Source: Candidatus Wirthbacteria bacterium (GTDB taxonomy: Bacteria; Patescibacteriota; CG2-30-54-11). From it: a stretch of 64,000 nt of DNA. The notes under the pieces are model-generated. The model did not search any database and was not told the DNA's origin. It saw only the letters and a list, made by a program, of their open reading frames with translations. The position numbers were made by a program, and so were the translations under genes. This document shows positions 36,282 through 45,427 of the stretch, piece after piece. The stretch covers positions 2,647 to 66,646 of the forward strand of contig CAISZI010000051.1 of assembly GCA_903889905.1 (NCBI GenBank), in the 5' to 3' direction. Numbering within the stretch: the first letter of the stretch is position 1; each line of letters starts with the position of its first letter.

Positions 36282-37775
36282 ATGCGTTACCAACCGATTA
36301 TCGGGCTGGAGATTCATACCCAGCTCAAGACCCAGTCCAAAATGTTCTGTTCGTGTGCGTCGCAGTATTTTGGTAAAGAGCCTAACACGCAGACCTGTCC
36401 GGTTTGTTTGGGTTTGCCCGGGGCTCTGCCTAGCATCAACCAGATGGGCGTTGAACAAACGGTACGCGTAGGCTTGGCCTTGGGATGTACCATTCCTGAA
36501 GAGTCGAAATTTGATCGCAAGAATTATTTTTACCCGGATTTGGTCAAAGGCTACCAGATTTCGCAGTACGACATGCCGCTGTGCCAGCATGGATATCTGG
36601 ATGTTGACGCCCTGGGCAAGAAGAAACGCATCCGTATCCTGCGCGCCCACCTTGAGGAAGATACGGCCAAAAGTCTACATGAGAAAGACCCGGTTACGGG
36701 TGAAAGTTATACTTTGATCGACTGTAATAAATCGGGTGTGCCGCTTTTGGAAATTGTTTCCGAACCCGATCTCCGTACGATGGAAGAAGCCAGTGCCTAT
36801 GCCCGAAAAATCCGGCAGATCGTGCGTTACATTGACGCCAGCGACGCGGATATGGAGAAAGGGCAACTCAGGTTTGATATCAACGTTTCGATTGGCATCG
36901 TGGAGGACGACGAAGTGTTGGGTGAAAATGATTTGCCCAAGCAGCACACACCAATTGTCGAAGTCAAAAACTTAAATTCCTTCCGTGCGCTCGAGAAAGC
37001 GGTGGACTTTGAGATCAAACGCCAGATTGAGGAATACGAACAAACGCACGAGCTCTATCACGCCGGCAACAAAACCACACGCGGCTGGGATGATGTCAAA
37101 GAAGTCACTGTGCACCAGCGTTCCAAAGAGGAAGCGTCAGAATACCGCTATTTTCCTGAACCCGATTTGCCACCATTGCATTTGGCCAGGGACTATGTCG
37201 AGAAATTGCGCAGTGAACTCCCCATGCTGCCTGAAGCCAAAGCCAAACAACTTGCTGAATGCTGTGGTCTCAAATTGTCTGACGCTGTTCTGCTTGTCGC
37301 CGAGAAGGAAGATGCAAACTGGTTTGATCAGGCGGCAACCGGTCAGTCACAGGTTTTGGTTGGGGAAATGGCCAAGTGGCTGCTGGGGGATATCGCTTTT
37401 TTTCTCAAGGAAAATAATCTTGGTGTAAGCCAAAGCAAATTGACACCCGAACATTTGCGCGAATTGGCTAGCTTGATCCAAAGCGGTGAGATCTCGGGCA
37501 AGATTGCCAAAGAGATTTTGCCGGATGTCCTGGAAAAGGGCCTGTCACCCAAATCCGTTGTCGAGTCCAAGGGATTGAAACAGGTCAGCGACGTTGGGGA
37601 GATTGAGAAAGTTATCGATGCAGTGATTGCCGAAAATGCCAAGATCGTCGCCCAGGTCCAGGGTGGCAAACCCGAAGCCGTGATGTTTCTGGTGGGTCAT
37701 GTGATGAAGAAAACCCGCGGCCAGGCCAATCCGCCCATGGTGCAGGAAATGATGAGGAAGAAGATGGGCTTATAA
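36282..37775 (+). CDS. gatB: Asp-tRNA(Asn)/Glu-tRNA(Gln) amidotransferase subunit B
   Basis: MRYQPIIGLEIHTQLKTQSKMFCSCAS...YFYPDL...; typical GatB N-terminus and C-terminal YqeY-like tail. Confidence 0.9.
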   Translation: MRYQPIIGLEIHTQLKTQSKMFCSCASQYFGKEPNTQTCPVCLGLPGALPSINQMGVEQTVRVGLALGCTIPEESKFDRKNYFYPDLVKGYQISQYDMPLCQHGYLDVDALGKKKRIRILRAHLEEDTAKSLHEKDPVTGESYTLIDCNKSGVPLLEIVSEPDLRTMEEASAYARKIRQIVRYIDASDADMEKGQLRFDINVSIGIVEDDEVLGENDLPKQHTPIVEVKNLNSFRALEKAVDFEIKRQIEEYEQTHELYHAGNKTTRGWDDVKEVTVHQRSKEEASEYRYFPEPDLPPLHLARDYVEKLRSELPMLPEAKAKQLAECCGLKLSDAVLLVAEKEDANWFDQAATGQSQVLVGEMAKWLLGDIAFFLKENNLGVSQSKLTPEHLRELASLIQSGEISGKIAKEILPDVLEKGLSPKSVVESKGLKQVSDVGEIEKVIDAVIAENAKIVAQVQGGKPEAVMFLVGHVMKKTRGQANPPMVQEMMRKKMGL

Positions 37776-37843
37776 AAGGCGTAGGGGCGACCCTTGCGGT
37801 CGCCTTCCTCAAAAGAGGGCAGGTGCTAGACCTGCCCCTACGA
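37776..37843 (+). terminator. GC-rich double hairpin downstream of gatB (AAGGCGTAGGGGCGACC...GGTCGCCTT; GGGCAGGT...ACCTGCCC)
   Basis: Read directly after the gatB stop; no strong T-run, so termination efficiency is uncertain. Confidence 0.4.
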
Positions 37844-37863
37844 GAAACTTCTGATCTTACTAA

Positions 37864-38643
37864 TTGTTGGTTTTTATGGATCTTTCCCCGGTCGCGGTGG
37901 CGCGCAAAATCGAACATACGATGCTGGACCAGTCGGCACCCATGGATTACATCCAGGAGGCAGCCGGGACGGCGATCAAATACCATGCCCGAACCTGCGT
38001 CGTGCGGCCTCAGCATGTGGGCTGGATCATCGGGGCGCTTAAGAAATCCGATGTCTGGCCTTGCGCCGTAATTGGCTTTCGTCGTTTTCACCTCAAACAA
38101 ACGCCGCACATGACCAGCTCCGAATTATATGCACGGTTTGATATTGGGATTGAGGAAAAGGAACAGGAGATCAGCGGCGTGCTCAAAATTCTGGAACTCG
38201 AGGAATATTCAGGTGTGATCGAATTTGATTTGGCGCTTAATCTGCTCAATTTCATGCGTGGCCAGCCCAAGGCATTGGAAAAGGAAATGAAACAGTTAGT
38301 CCATTTTTGTAAACAAAAAGCGGAGGCCACGGGGCGTAAAATTATCACCAAAGTGATTGCCGAGAATGGCCTGCTTGAGTATCCCGAAAAATTGCAACTC
38401 TGGACCTGGGCCAAAGAAGCGCGGGCGGATTATGTCAAAACCTGCACCGGTTACACAGCCAAGGAAGCCACGGTTGAAGACGTAAAGCTGATGAAGGAAT
38501 TTTTGGGCAGTAGTGTCAAAGTCAAAGCCTCGGGCGGCGTGACTCAGTTTAATTATCGTGAATTCCTGCAAGCCGGCGCCGACCGCATCGGGACGAGCAA
38601 AGGCATGGAAATTTTGGAAGATTGTCTACAAAGGGAGCCCTGA
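37864..38643 (+). CDS. deoC: deoxyribose-phosphate aldolase-like protein (DeoC/DERA fold) with an insertion of about 40 aa
   Basis: KIEHTMLDQSA...; CAVIGF (compare CTVIGFP); Schiff-base Lys contexts ITKVIAE and YVKTCTGY; C-terminal VKASGGV...GADRIGTS. Confidence 0.55.
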   Translation: MLVFMDLSPVAVARKIEHTMLDQSAPMDYIQEAAGTAIKYHARTCVVRPQHVGWIIGALKKSDVWPCAVIGFRRFHLKQTPHMTSSELYARFDIGIEEKEQEISGVLKILELEEYSGVIEFDLALNLLNFMRGQPKALEKEMKQLVHFCKQKAEATGRKIITKVIAENGLLEYPEKLQLWTWAKEARADYVKTCTGYTAKEATVEDVKLMKEFLGSSVKVKASGGVTQFNYREFLQAGADRIGTSKGMEILEDCLQREP

Positions 38644-38646
38644 CCT

Positions 38647-39915
38647 ATGTCCGTATCCTTCAAAAAACCATACTTAGTGGTGCCACGGCTGATCGAACAG
38701 CCCAGCTGGGGTGGGGATTACATCCTCAAATCCAAGGGGCTGGATCAGAGTGACGGCCTAGTGGGGAAACGTGTCGGGCAAAGCTATGAATTTTTTGGGC
38801 AGAGTCGGCTTGTGGTGGAAAATGCCGAGGATGATCTGGCTTATGAGTGGGGATCGGCCATGAGTGCCGAGGCTCAGCTGGTGGGAAACTTTGAGCATAC
38901 GGTTACTTTGCCCGCTTTGATTGCCATGAATCCCGATGCGGTGTTGGGCAAAGGTATTGTCAAAAAGTATGGTACCACGATGCCGCTGCTGATCAAACTT
39001 AACCAGGCATTGGGTAACTCGTGGCAGTTGCACATCAAACCTGCCGACGAAAAACCTGAGGTGAAGGCCAGGGTTCTGGCCAATCCGTGGATCACGGCAG
39101 CTGAGGCGGGTGGCTACATGGCCAAACCTGAAACCTGGTACTACTTTGAAAATGGCAAAGCAACGCTGGGGCTAAAGCCTGGCATCAATCCCGCTGTTTA
39201 CCGCGTCTGCTGCGAACGGATTGAGGCTGAAGTGGCCAAGGTTGCGGCCGAGGTGAAAAGCAACAAGACAACTTATGACGCGGCGCAGACGCACCTGGTT
39301 GAATACATTGCCATGGAAAACCCATGGCAATATGTCAACGTGGTGACCATTCATGCTGGCCAAATGGTGGATCTAAGCCGCGGCGGTGTGCATCATTCGT
39401 GGGAAGCGGACCTGCAGAATTTTCCCTTGGGTAATTGTTTGTATGAAATTCAGGTGGACCGGATGGACGCTGTCTCCACCACCCGTTCCTTTGACCAGGG
39501 CAAGCTCAAGAGCGATGGCAGTTTTCGTCCGATTTCAATTGTTGAGTATTTTGCTAATCTCGACAGTTCGCCGCAGTCCAATGATTTACATCAATTGATT
39601 CAGTGGCCCAAGCCCATTCGTCGCGATGCTGACCATGATCCAGGTGGTGTGTATGAAATTGCCCGCACACCGTATTATGTTCTGCTGCTGGTCAAGTTGA
39701 CCAAACATTTCAGTACCTATATGCCACAGGAATGCCGTGACAAATTCAGTCATGTCTTTGTCCGTCGTGGGCCGGTGGGCGTGTCGGCCAGTGATGTCAG
39801 CCTGGAGTTGCCCGAAGGCACGTCTTATCTGATGCCAGCTGAGATGGATGGGTACATGTTTGGTATGACCCACTCTACTGATGCCGAGGTGTTGATTGCC
39901 TATCTCCCCGATTAA
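38647..39915 (+). CDS. cupin-type (class I) mannose-6-phosphate isomerase-like protein
   Basis: N-terminal PRLIEQPSWGGDYILKSKG resembles the type I PMI motif (P.f.E.iWGG); 422 aa is longer than typical. Confidence 0.4.
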   Translation: MSVSFKKPYLVVPRLIEQPSWGGDYILKSKGLDQSDGLVGKRVGQSYEFFGQSRLVVENAEDDLAYEWGSAMSAEAQLVGNFEHTVTLPALIAMNPDAVLGKGIVKKYGTTMPLLIKLNQALGNSWQLHIKPADEKPEVKARVLANPWITAAEAGGYMAKPETWYYFENGKATLGLKPGINPAVYRVCCERIEAEVAKVAAEVKSNKTTYDAAQTHLVEYIAMENPWQYVNVVTIHAGQMVDLSRGGVHHSWEADLQNFPLGNCLYEIQVDRMDAVSTTRSFDQGKLKSDGSFRPISIVEYFANLDSSPQSNDLHQLIQWPKPIRRDADHDPGGVYEIARTPYYVLLLVKLTKHFSTYMPQECRDKFSHVFVRRGPVGVSASDVSLELPEGTSYLMPAEMDGYMFGMTHSTDAEVLIAYLPD

Positions 39916-40110
39916 AACCAGACAGCTTCCGTGGCTGTGGATTGTTGCAGCCGTGGTTATCTTTGTGGGTGGCTGGACCTATACACTGGTGGGCGCGACC
40001 ACGGCACCAGTGCAGGATTTTCATCTACTGACCGGCGGACACGGTCTGGCTTTTGATCAACAACCCCTTTTGCCTGTCGACGAACAACCTATTTCCAGAG
40101 TAATCAACGA

Positions 40111-40731
40111 ATGACCAATTCCATGCCAACCGAGTCGGATTGCATTGCATTGTGGGATCAGTACCACACGGCAATGAATGTGCGGGATCATCTGCGAGCC
40201 GTTTGCCAAGTGGCGATGACGGTTGCCAGGGCACATGCCGACAAGGGTGACAAGATTGACCTGGATTTGGTGCAAGCCGGAGCATTGCTCCATGATTTGT
40301 TGCGTTTCGTGGGCATGCAGCAACTCAAACTGAATTTGTTTAAAACCGCACCGAGCAACGAAGACCTGGAATGCTGGCGCGACTTGTCACTCAAGTATCC
40401 CCGCTTGCAGCATGCCGAAGCCGCGGCCCTGGAGCTGCGCGAACGGGAGTTCCCGGAGGAACTTTGTAAAGTGGTCAGAAAGCATGACTACTTTCTTATC
40501 CTCGACCCGATTGATGGGCCGGTGACGCTGGCAGAAAAAATCATTTATTACGCTGACAAACGTGTTTTGCACGACCGCATCGTCTCACTTGACGACCGGC
40601 TCAAGGACGGCAAACTCCGCTACCCGCAATTTGCTACATCAGCGCGGGCAGAGTTGGCGACGCAGGCGATTTATGAACTGGAGCGGGAGCTATTTGAGGG
40701 ACTAAAGTTAAAGCCGGAAGATGTCGGATAA
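40111..40731 (+). CDS. HD-domain phosphohydrolase
   Basis: H...HD motif context: HLRAVCQVAMTVARAHA...LLHDLLR. Confidence 0.55.
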   Translation: MTNSMPTESDCIALWDQYHTAMNVRDHLRAVCQVAMTVARAHADKGDKIDLDLVQAGALLHDLLRFVGMQQLKLNLFKTAPSNEDLECWRDLSLKYPRLQHAEAAALELREREFPEELCKVVRKHDYFLILDPIDGPVTLAEKIIYYADKRVLHDRIVSLDDRLKDGKLRYPQFATSARAELATQAIYELERELFEGLKLKPEDVG

Positions 40732-40736
40732 TACTT

Positions 40737-40800
40737 CATCCTCCTTCGCCAAGGCTTCGGAGGACAAGTCCTACTCTCCTATGCACAGCACGTCGCAGAC
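40737..40800. repeat. R1 palindromic unit, longest copy (TCCTCCTTCGCCAAGGCTTCGGAGGACAAGTCCTACTCTCCTATGCACAGCACGTCGCAGACTCCAG)
   Basis: CCTCC-TTC-GCC-AA-GGC-TTC-GGAGG is an imperfect palindrome; the tail resembles 3601-3640. Confidence 0.5.
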
Positions 40801-40842
40801 TCCAGTTTTAGGAGAGGGGGGTGATATTAAAGGAAAATCGAG

Positions 40843-42201
40843 ATGCATGATAACCACAAACGTAACATGACGTTGATCGGCCTCTTGTTTGGAGCCTGGG
40901 TACTTCTGGGTATTTTCTATTATGTTCAGCACCAACCCAAAACCCAGCCTTCGTCTGCCCTTGTCATCCCGGCGCGACAGGATTCGCTTGTCAATGCTTC
41001 ACCCCAACAACCGACGAGTTCACCGCTGCCGACCTCGACACCAAGGGTGGCTTTGGATGCGAAAAGTGAAAAAAAGCTGGAGATGCAATTGGCCGAGATC
41101 CGCGCTGAAGTGGCGAAGCTTTGGGGGCAACCATTTAAGCAGGACGTGGCTGTATACTTTGTGACCGCGGCGCAAATCTTCGCCAAAGCACAGGAAAGTT
41201 CCAATCCGGACAATTCCGGCGGTTCCATGAGCGCGGGCACGGAAGCGCTGCTCAAATTTATGGAGTTGATACCTGCCACGTACAACCTTGACCAGGCCAT
41301 GGCCAAACTGCTTACCGAACAGATCGAAGGCCTGTATGTGCCCACTGAAAAAGCGCTTTATGTGGTAGCCAAAAGCGGCGACCTGAATTTGCTGGATCGC
41401 ACCGTGATTGCCCATGAATATACCCATACCTTGCAGGATCAGTATTTTGACTTGGGCGCGATATTGCAGAATAAAACCAATGACGACACGTTCATGGCGC
41501 AGGACGCGGTGGTTGAAGGGGACGCGACCGAGGTTATGACTGAATACGTGCAGGATGAATATTTGCAGAAAAAAGTTTCGTTGGGGGATTTGGCCAGTGT
41601 CGTTACGTCGGCGTCAGGTTTGAGCCAGCAGGAATTGAATTCCTCGCCAGCCATTATCCAAAAAAGTTTGCTTTTTCCCTACGAAGCTGGTGCCACGTTT
41701 GTGACTTCGAGGCTAAGCAGTGGCAACGACAGCTGGCGTACTGATATGTTCACGCGGTTGCCAACCACGACCACGCAACTGCTGCATCAAACCCCATACA
41801 CCAGCAATGCCAAACCGATGGCGGTGAAACTGGGAGACCTCAGCAGTAAGCTCGGTGTGGGCTGGCATCTGGTAACCGAAAATGTAATGGGCGAAGCCAC
41901 CTGGCAGATGATCTTTGCCTACGACATGAGTGCCACGGCCGCGACCAAATCCGCTGATGGCTGGGACGGTGATTGGTATCAGTATTATGAAAATGCCAAG
42001 GGCGAAGGGATTTTTGTGACGCGCACGGATTGGGAGACATTGCTGGATGCCACGGAATTTGTGGTTGGCCTCAATGTCTACTCCAACCATCTCAAAAGTT
42101 CACACGATATCACCACCAATACCAACAACAAACGGGTAGATTTTATCCTCGCCAAAACGCCGGCGAATATGACACTGATGCAAAAGGCGCTGGGGGAATG
42201 A
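40843..42201 (+). CDS. membrane-anchored putative zinc metallopeptidase (HEXXH)
   Basis: N-terminal TM (LIGLLFGAWVLLGIFYYV) and a HEYTH motif (AHEYTHTLQDQY); no further family assignment by eye. Confidence 0.4.
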   Translation: MHDNHKRNMTLIGLLFGAWVLLGIFYYVQHQPKTQPSSALVIPARQDSLVNASPQQPTSSPLPTSTPRVALDAKSEKKLEMQLAEIRAEVAKLWGQPFKQDVAVYFVTAAQIFAKAQESSNPDNSGGSMSAGTEALLKFMELIPATYNLDQAMAKLLTEQIEGLYVPTEKALYVVAKSGDLNLLDRTVIAHEYTHTLQDQYFDLGAILQNKTNDDTFMAQDAVVEGDATEVMTEYVQDEYLQKKVSLGDLASVVTSASGLSQQELNSSPAIIQKSLLFPYEAGATFVTSRLSSGNDSWRTDMFTRLPTTTTQLLHQTPYTSNAKPMAVKLGDLSSKLGVGWHLVTENVMGEATWQMIFAYDMSATAATKSADGWDGDWYQYYENAKGEGIFVTRTDWETLLDATEFVVGLNVYSNHLKSSHDITTNTNNKRVDFILAKTPANMTLMQKALGE

Positions 42202-42274
42202 ACTCTCCCTAGCCCTCCCTTTGGACAAAGGGAGGGAACTATGCTCTTTGGGGAAATGGGGAATGCCGTCCCTA

Positions 42275-42622
42275 TTAGGGAGCGGTTAAGCTCAAAATTA
42301 TAGTAATCTCAGCTTTTAGTTTGGGCAAATCCTGTTGTAAAATTTGCCAGATTTCCTCAGCGTCAACACCAAAGTAATCGTGGGCAATCAGGTTGCGTAA
42401 GCCTTTGACTTTGGACCAGTCGATCTGCTGGTGGTCATCTTTGAATTCGTCTGAAAGTCGTTCTACCATTTCACCAATCACAACAAAGTTCATCATCACC
42501 GCGTCAAATCGTAAAGTGTCGTTAAACAGAGCATCTGCTTCATGAAACGGTACGACGTAGTGGTTTATTTTGTCTATGGCATCGACGATGGCGAGGAGGT
42601 TTGTTTTGTCCTTATTTGGCAT
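42275..42622 (-). CDS. hepT: HepT-like HEPN toxin (DUF86, nucleotidyltransferase substrate-binding family)
   Basis: The R-x4-HxY motif RNLIAHDY is diagnostic; overlaps the upstream mntA by 11 nt. Confidence 0.75.
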   Translation of the reverse strand: MPNKDKTNLLAIVDAIDKINHYVVPFHEADALFNDTLRFDAVMMNFVVIGEMVERLSDEFKDDHQQIDWSKVKGLRNLIAHDYFGVDAEEIWQILQQDLPKLKAEITIILSLTAP

Positions 42623-42926
42623 ATTCGACTTCTGCTAAAATGGCTAGTTTGGCATACGGGTGTAAATATTTGGCGCGTGCCAAATCAATGTTGCGGTTAA
42701 ATTTACTTTGCAGGTAGGATCGTAAATTGGCTTTGAGTTCATAAAGGTTGGGGGTGTTTTTTTCCATTTCAATCACGAAATCAATGTCGCTGGCTTCTTG
42801 TTGGTCGCCACGGGAAAAGGAGCCAAAAAGTCCAATTTGACGAACATGGTAGGTGGATTTCAGGTAAGGAAGTTCGGAACTCAGAGTGGCAAGGATTTGG
42901 GTTTTGGTGAGCATGATAGGATCCAT
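42612..42926 (-). CDS. mntA: MntA-like minimal nucleotidyltransferase antitoxin
   Basis: GSFSRGDQQEASDIDF (the GSx9-13DxD NTase motif). Confidence 0.75.
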   Translation of the reverse strand: MDPIMLTKTQILATLSSELPYLKSTYHVRQIGLFGSFSRGDQQEASDIDFVIEMEKNTPNLYELKANLRSYLQSKFNRNIDLARAKYLHPYAKLAILAEVEYAK

Positions 42927-43479
42927 TTGATTGAAGTATGACTATTTTACACTGGAAAGGTTGGGCCTTGCAAAAGGAAACAGGCAGCTTTTGAGGGCTG
43001 CCTGTCAGGGTATGTCAGGCGGCTCATCCACCACCTGACAAGTAGGCTATTTTTTTGAGGCGTTTTTGTCCGCCTCATGTTTTTCGGCGAACAGCCTGGG
43101 CAATGCCCAGGCTGCGAAACTGAGTAGTACTGTCAACCCGAGGGCTGACAGTACTACTCCCAAAAGATCCATTTTTTACCTCCTGTACCACGAAGTCTTA
43201 TTTGGTATCACCGGGATGAGGCGGCGAGGCCAACGAACTCCGTGGAAATGTCGGTTCCCATTCAAATACTTTCCCCGCGATGGGGCGGAACCTGTGGGCA
43301 GGAGGATATATTATTATACCATTGAGCCAAATCGTCAGGGTAGGCATGAAAAAAAGCGGGCATCAATCCCAGGATTGCCTGAGAATGGTAAGGATTTATT
43401 CCTAATTGTCACCTACTTGGGATTGTCAGGTTTTGGCATTATAATGAAGTTCGCCTATTTGTTAGTTTGAAACGAGCTT

Positions 43480-44541
43480 ATGGCTGGCATTCTGGGTTAT
43501 GGCGCCTACGTCCCGAGGTATCGGATTACCACTGCAGAAATTGCCAAACACCATGGCAAAGACGCGGCGGCGATCAGTGTGGGCCTGTTGGTGAACGAAA
43601 AGTCCGTGCCCGGCCTGGATGAAGACAGTATCACCATGGGCGTGGAAGCTGGTCTTGCCGCCTTGCAAATGGCGAACGTTGACGCCAAACAACTTGGCGC
43701 TCTCTATAGTGGCAGTGAATCCAAGGTCTATGCGGTTAAACCCAATAGCACGATGATTGGCACCGCACTTGGCTTGGGTGAACTCTATCACGCCGCTGAC
43801 CTGGAGTTTGCCTGCAAAGCCGGGACCGCAGCCATGCAGATTGTCTGGGCCATGGTCAAAGCCAATTTGATTAAGACTGGCTTGGCGATTGGCAGCGACA
43901 CGGCGCAGGGGCGGCCAGGTGACGTTTTGGAATATTCAGCGGCAGCCGGGGCTTCCGCTTTGGTGATTGGCGAGGGGGTTGGCGTTTTGGCCGAGATTGA
44001 AGCGACCTGTTCGAGCGCATCGGATACACCGGATTTTTGGCGCCGGACCAAGGATGATTTTCCCACCCATTTGGGCAAATTCACGGCAGCACCGGCGTAT
44101 GAAAAACAGATAGTGACTTGCGCCAAAGCGTTGCTGACCAAAATTGATGCCAAACCCGAAGATTTTGACCATGTCGTTTTTCACACACCCAATGGTAAGT
44201 TTCCCCAGCGGGTCGCTAAATTGTTGGGCTTTACTGCGCAACAGCTGGCAGCCGGCTATGTGGTACCGGAGCTGGGCAATACGTATTCCGCGGCTGCGCT
44301 GCTCGCACTTTGTGCTGCGCTGGATCAGGCCAAAGCTGGGGAGCGCATTTTGTTGGTGTCGTTTGGGTCTGGCGCTGGGAGCGATGCGTTTAGCCTGCGT
44401 ACGACCAAGGCGATCGAGAGGGCACGGCAACGGCGCTTGGGGCCGACTTTACGGCAGCAGCTCGCGCATAAAATTTATCTGGATTATGGCACTTACCTGC
44501 AGCAGATCAGCAAGGGCCAGATTGGAATAACGCATGGCTAA
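43480..44541 (+). CDS. archaeal-type hydroxymethylglutaryl-CoA synthase-like condensing enzyme (UPF0219/HMGS family, thiolase fold)
   Basis: The N-terminus MAGILGYGAYVPRYRITTAEIAKHHG is the hallmark of archaeal-type HMGS; catalytic Cys context EFACKAGTAAM. Confidence 0.7.
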   Translation: MAGILGYGAYVPRYRITTAEIAKHHGKDAAAISVGLLVNEKSVPGLDEDSITMGVEAGLAALQMANVDAKQLGALYSGSESKVYAVKPNSTMIGTALGLGELYHAADLEFACKAGTAAMQIVWAMVKANLIKTGLAIGSDTAQGRPGDVLEYSAAAGASALVIGEGVGVLAEIEATCSSASDTPDFWRRTKDDFPTHLGKFTAAPAYEKQIVTCAKALLTKIDAKPEDFDHVVFHTPNGKFPQRVAKLLGFTAQQLAAGYVVPELGNTYSAAALLALCAALDQAKAGERILLVSFGSGAGSDAFSLRTTKAIERARQRRLGPTLRQQLAHKIYLDYGTYLQQISKGQIGITHG

Positions 44542-45427
44542 ATTGTTTCATGATGCCACCAAGCAGGAAAAGTTTGTCCTGCAGGAGGGTGAAACCATGG
44601 TTGATACTTTTCGTCCCCATCCGCTGGTGTTGGGGCCAAAACTGATGCTGTGGCTGGGAATTCTGATCATCAGTTCGCTTTGGGGACTGGTCGCGCAACG
44701 GGAGATTCCGATATTGCCACAGGCGTGGGTCCGACTTTTTTTACAACAGGTGGATCAGTTGATCGTGGGACTCAAAATGTCACCCTGGTTTGGGGTGCTG
44801 ACCAGCGCGCAGTTGCAGTTCTATGGTGTAGCGATCAGCTGGTGTGCCATCATGCTGTTTTTTGGGCTGGTGGTGGCGTTATTGCGTTTTAAACTTATCT
44901 GGTTCTGGTTCTCGATTGGCGTTGTCCTGGCCGCAATCCTGGCTGGATTATGGGCTGGGAATCCGCTCACGTTGCCGCTTACGGGTGGGGCGATTGCCTG
45001 GTTTGTGATCGTGGGGATGGTGCTGTATGTGGGTAATTATTCGTATGTGATTACGTCGCAGCGGCTGGTGATGCGAACCGCACTGTTTGGTGAGAAATAC
45101 CGCATACTGCAATTCAAACGGCTGGGCGATGTGCTGATCATGCAGGATTTTTGGGGACGTCGGTTTGGTTTTGCCACATTGATTCCGATTTCATTGCTTT
45201 GGGCCGAAGAAAGCGCCTACCTGCCCTCGGCCGAAGCGCAGTCAGAAGATTTTCTTAAACATTCGCACCGTGATTATGAATTGATCGGAGTGTCTGATTT
45301 TGAGCGCATCCACGCCGAACTTGAGCAAATTATTGCGCAGCATGACGAGGCTGCCCAGACTGAAGTTCGCCAGGCTAATTTAAAACGGACCAAGTTTTTA
45401 GGTCAGGTGGAGGAAACGGGTGACTAA
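44534..45427 (+). CDS. membrane protein with a bacterial PH (bPH_2/YdbT-like) domain
   Basis: TM helices followed by ITSQRLVMRTALFGEKYRILQFKRLGDVLIMQDFWGRRFGFATL; 8-bp overlap with the upstream gene. Confidence 0.45.
   Translation: MAKLFHDATKQEKFVLQEGETMVDTFRPHPLVLGPKLMLWLGILIISSLWGLVAQREIPILPQAWVRLFLQQVDQLIVGLKMSPWFGVLTSAQLQFYGVAISWCAIMLFFGLVVALLRFKLIWFWFSIGVVLAAILAGLWAGNPLTLPLTGGAIAWFVIVGMVLYVGNYSYVITSQRLVMRTALFGEKYRILQFKRLGDVLIMQDFWGRRFGFATLIPISLLWAEESAYLPSAEAQSEDFLKHSHRDYELIGVSDFERIHAELEQIIAQHDEAAQTEVRQANLKRTKFLGQVEETGD

Noticed and set aside
43066-43470. 134-aa plus-strand ORF in the gap before the HMGS-like gene
   Set aside because: No RBS, odd composition, and it overlaps a more plausible small minus-strand peptide; treated as non-coding.
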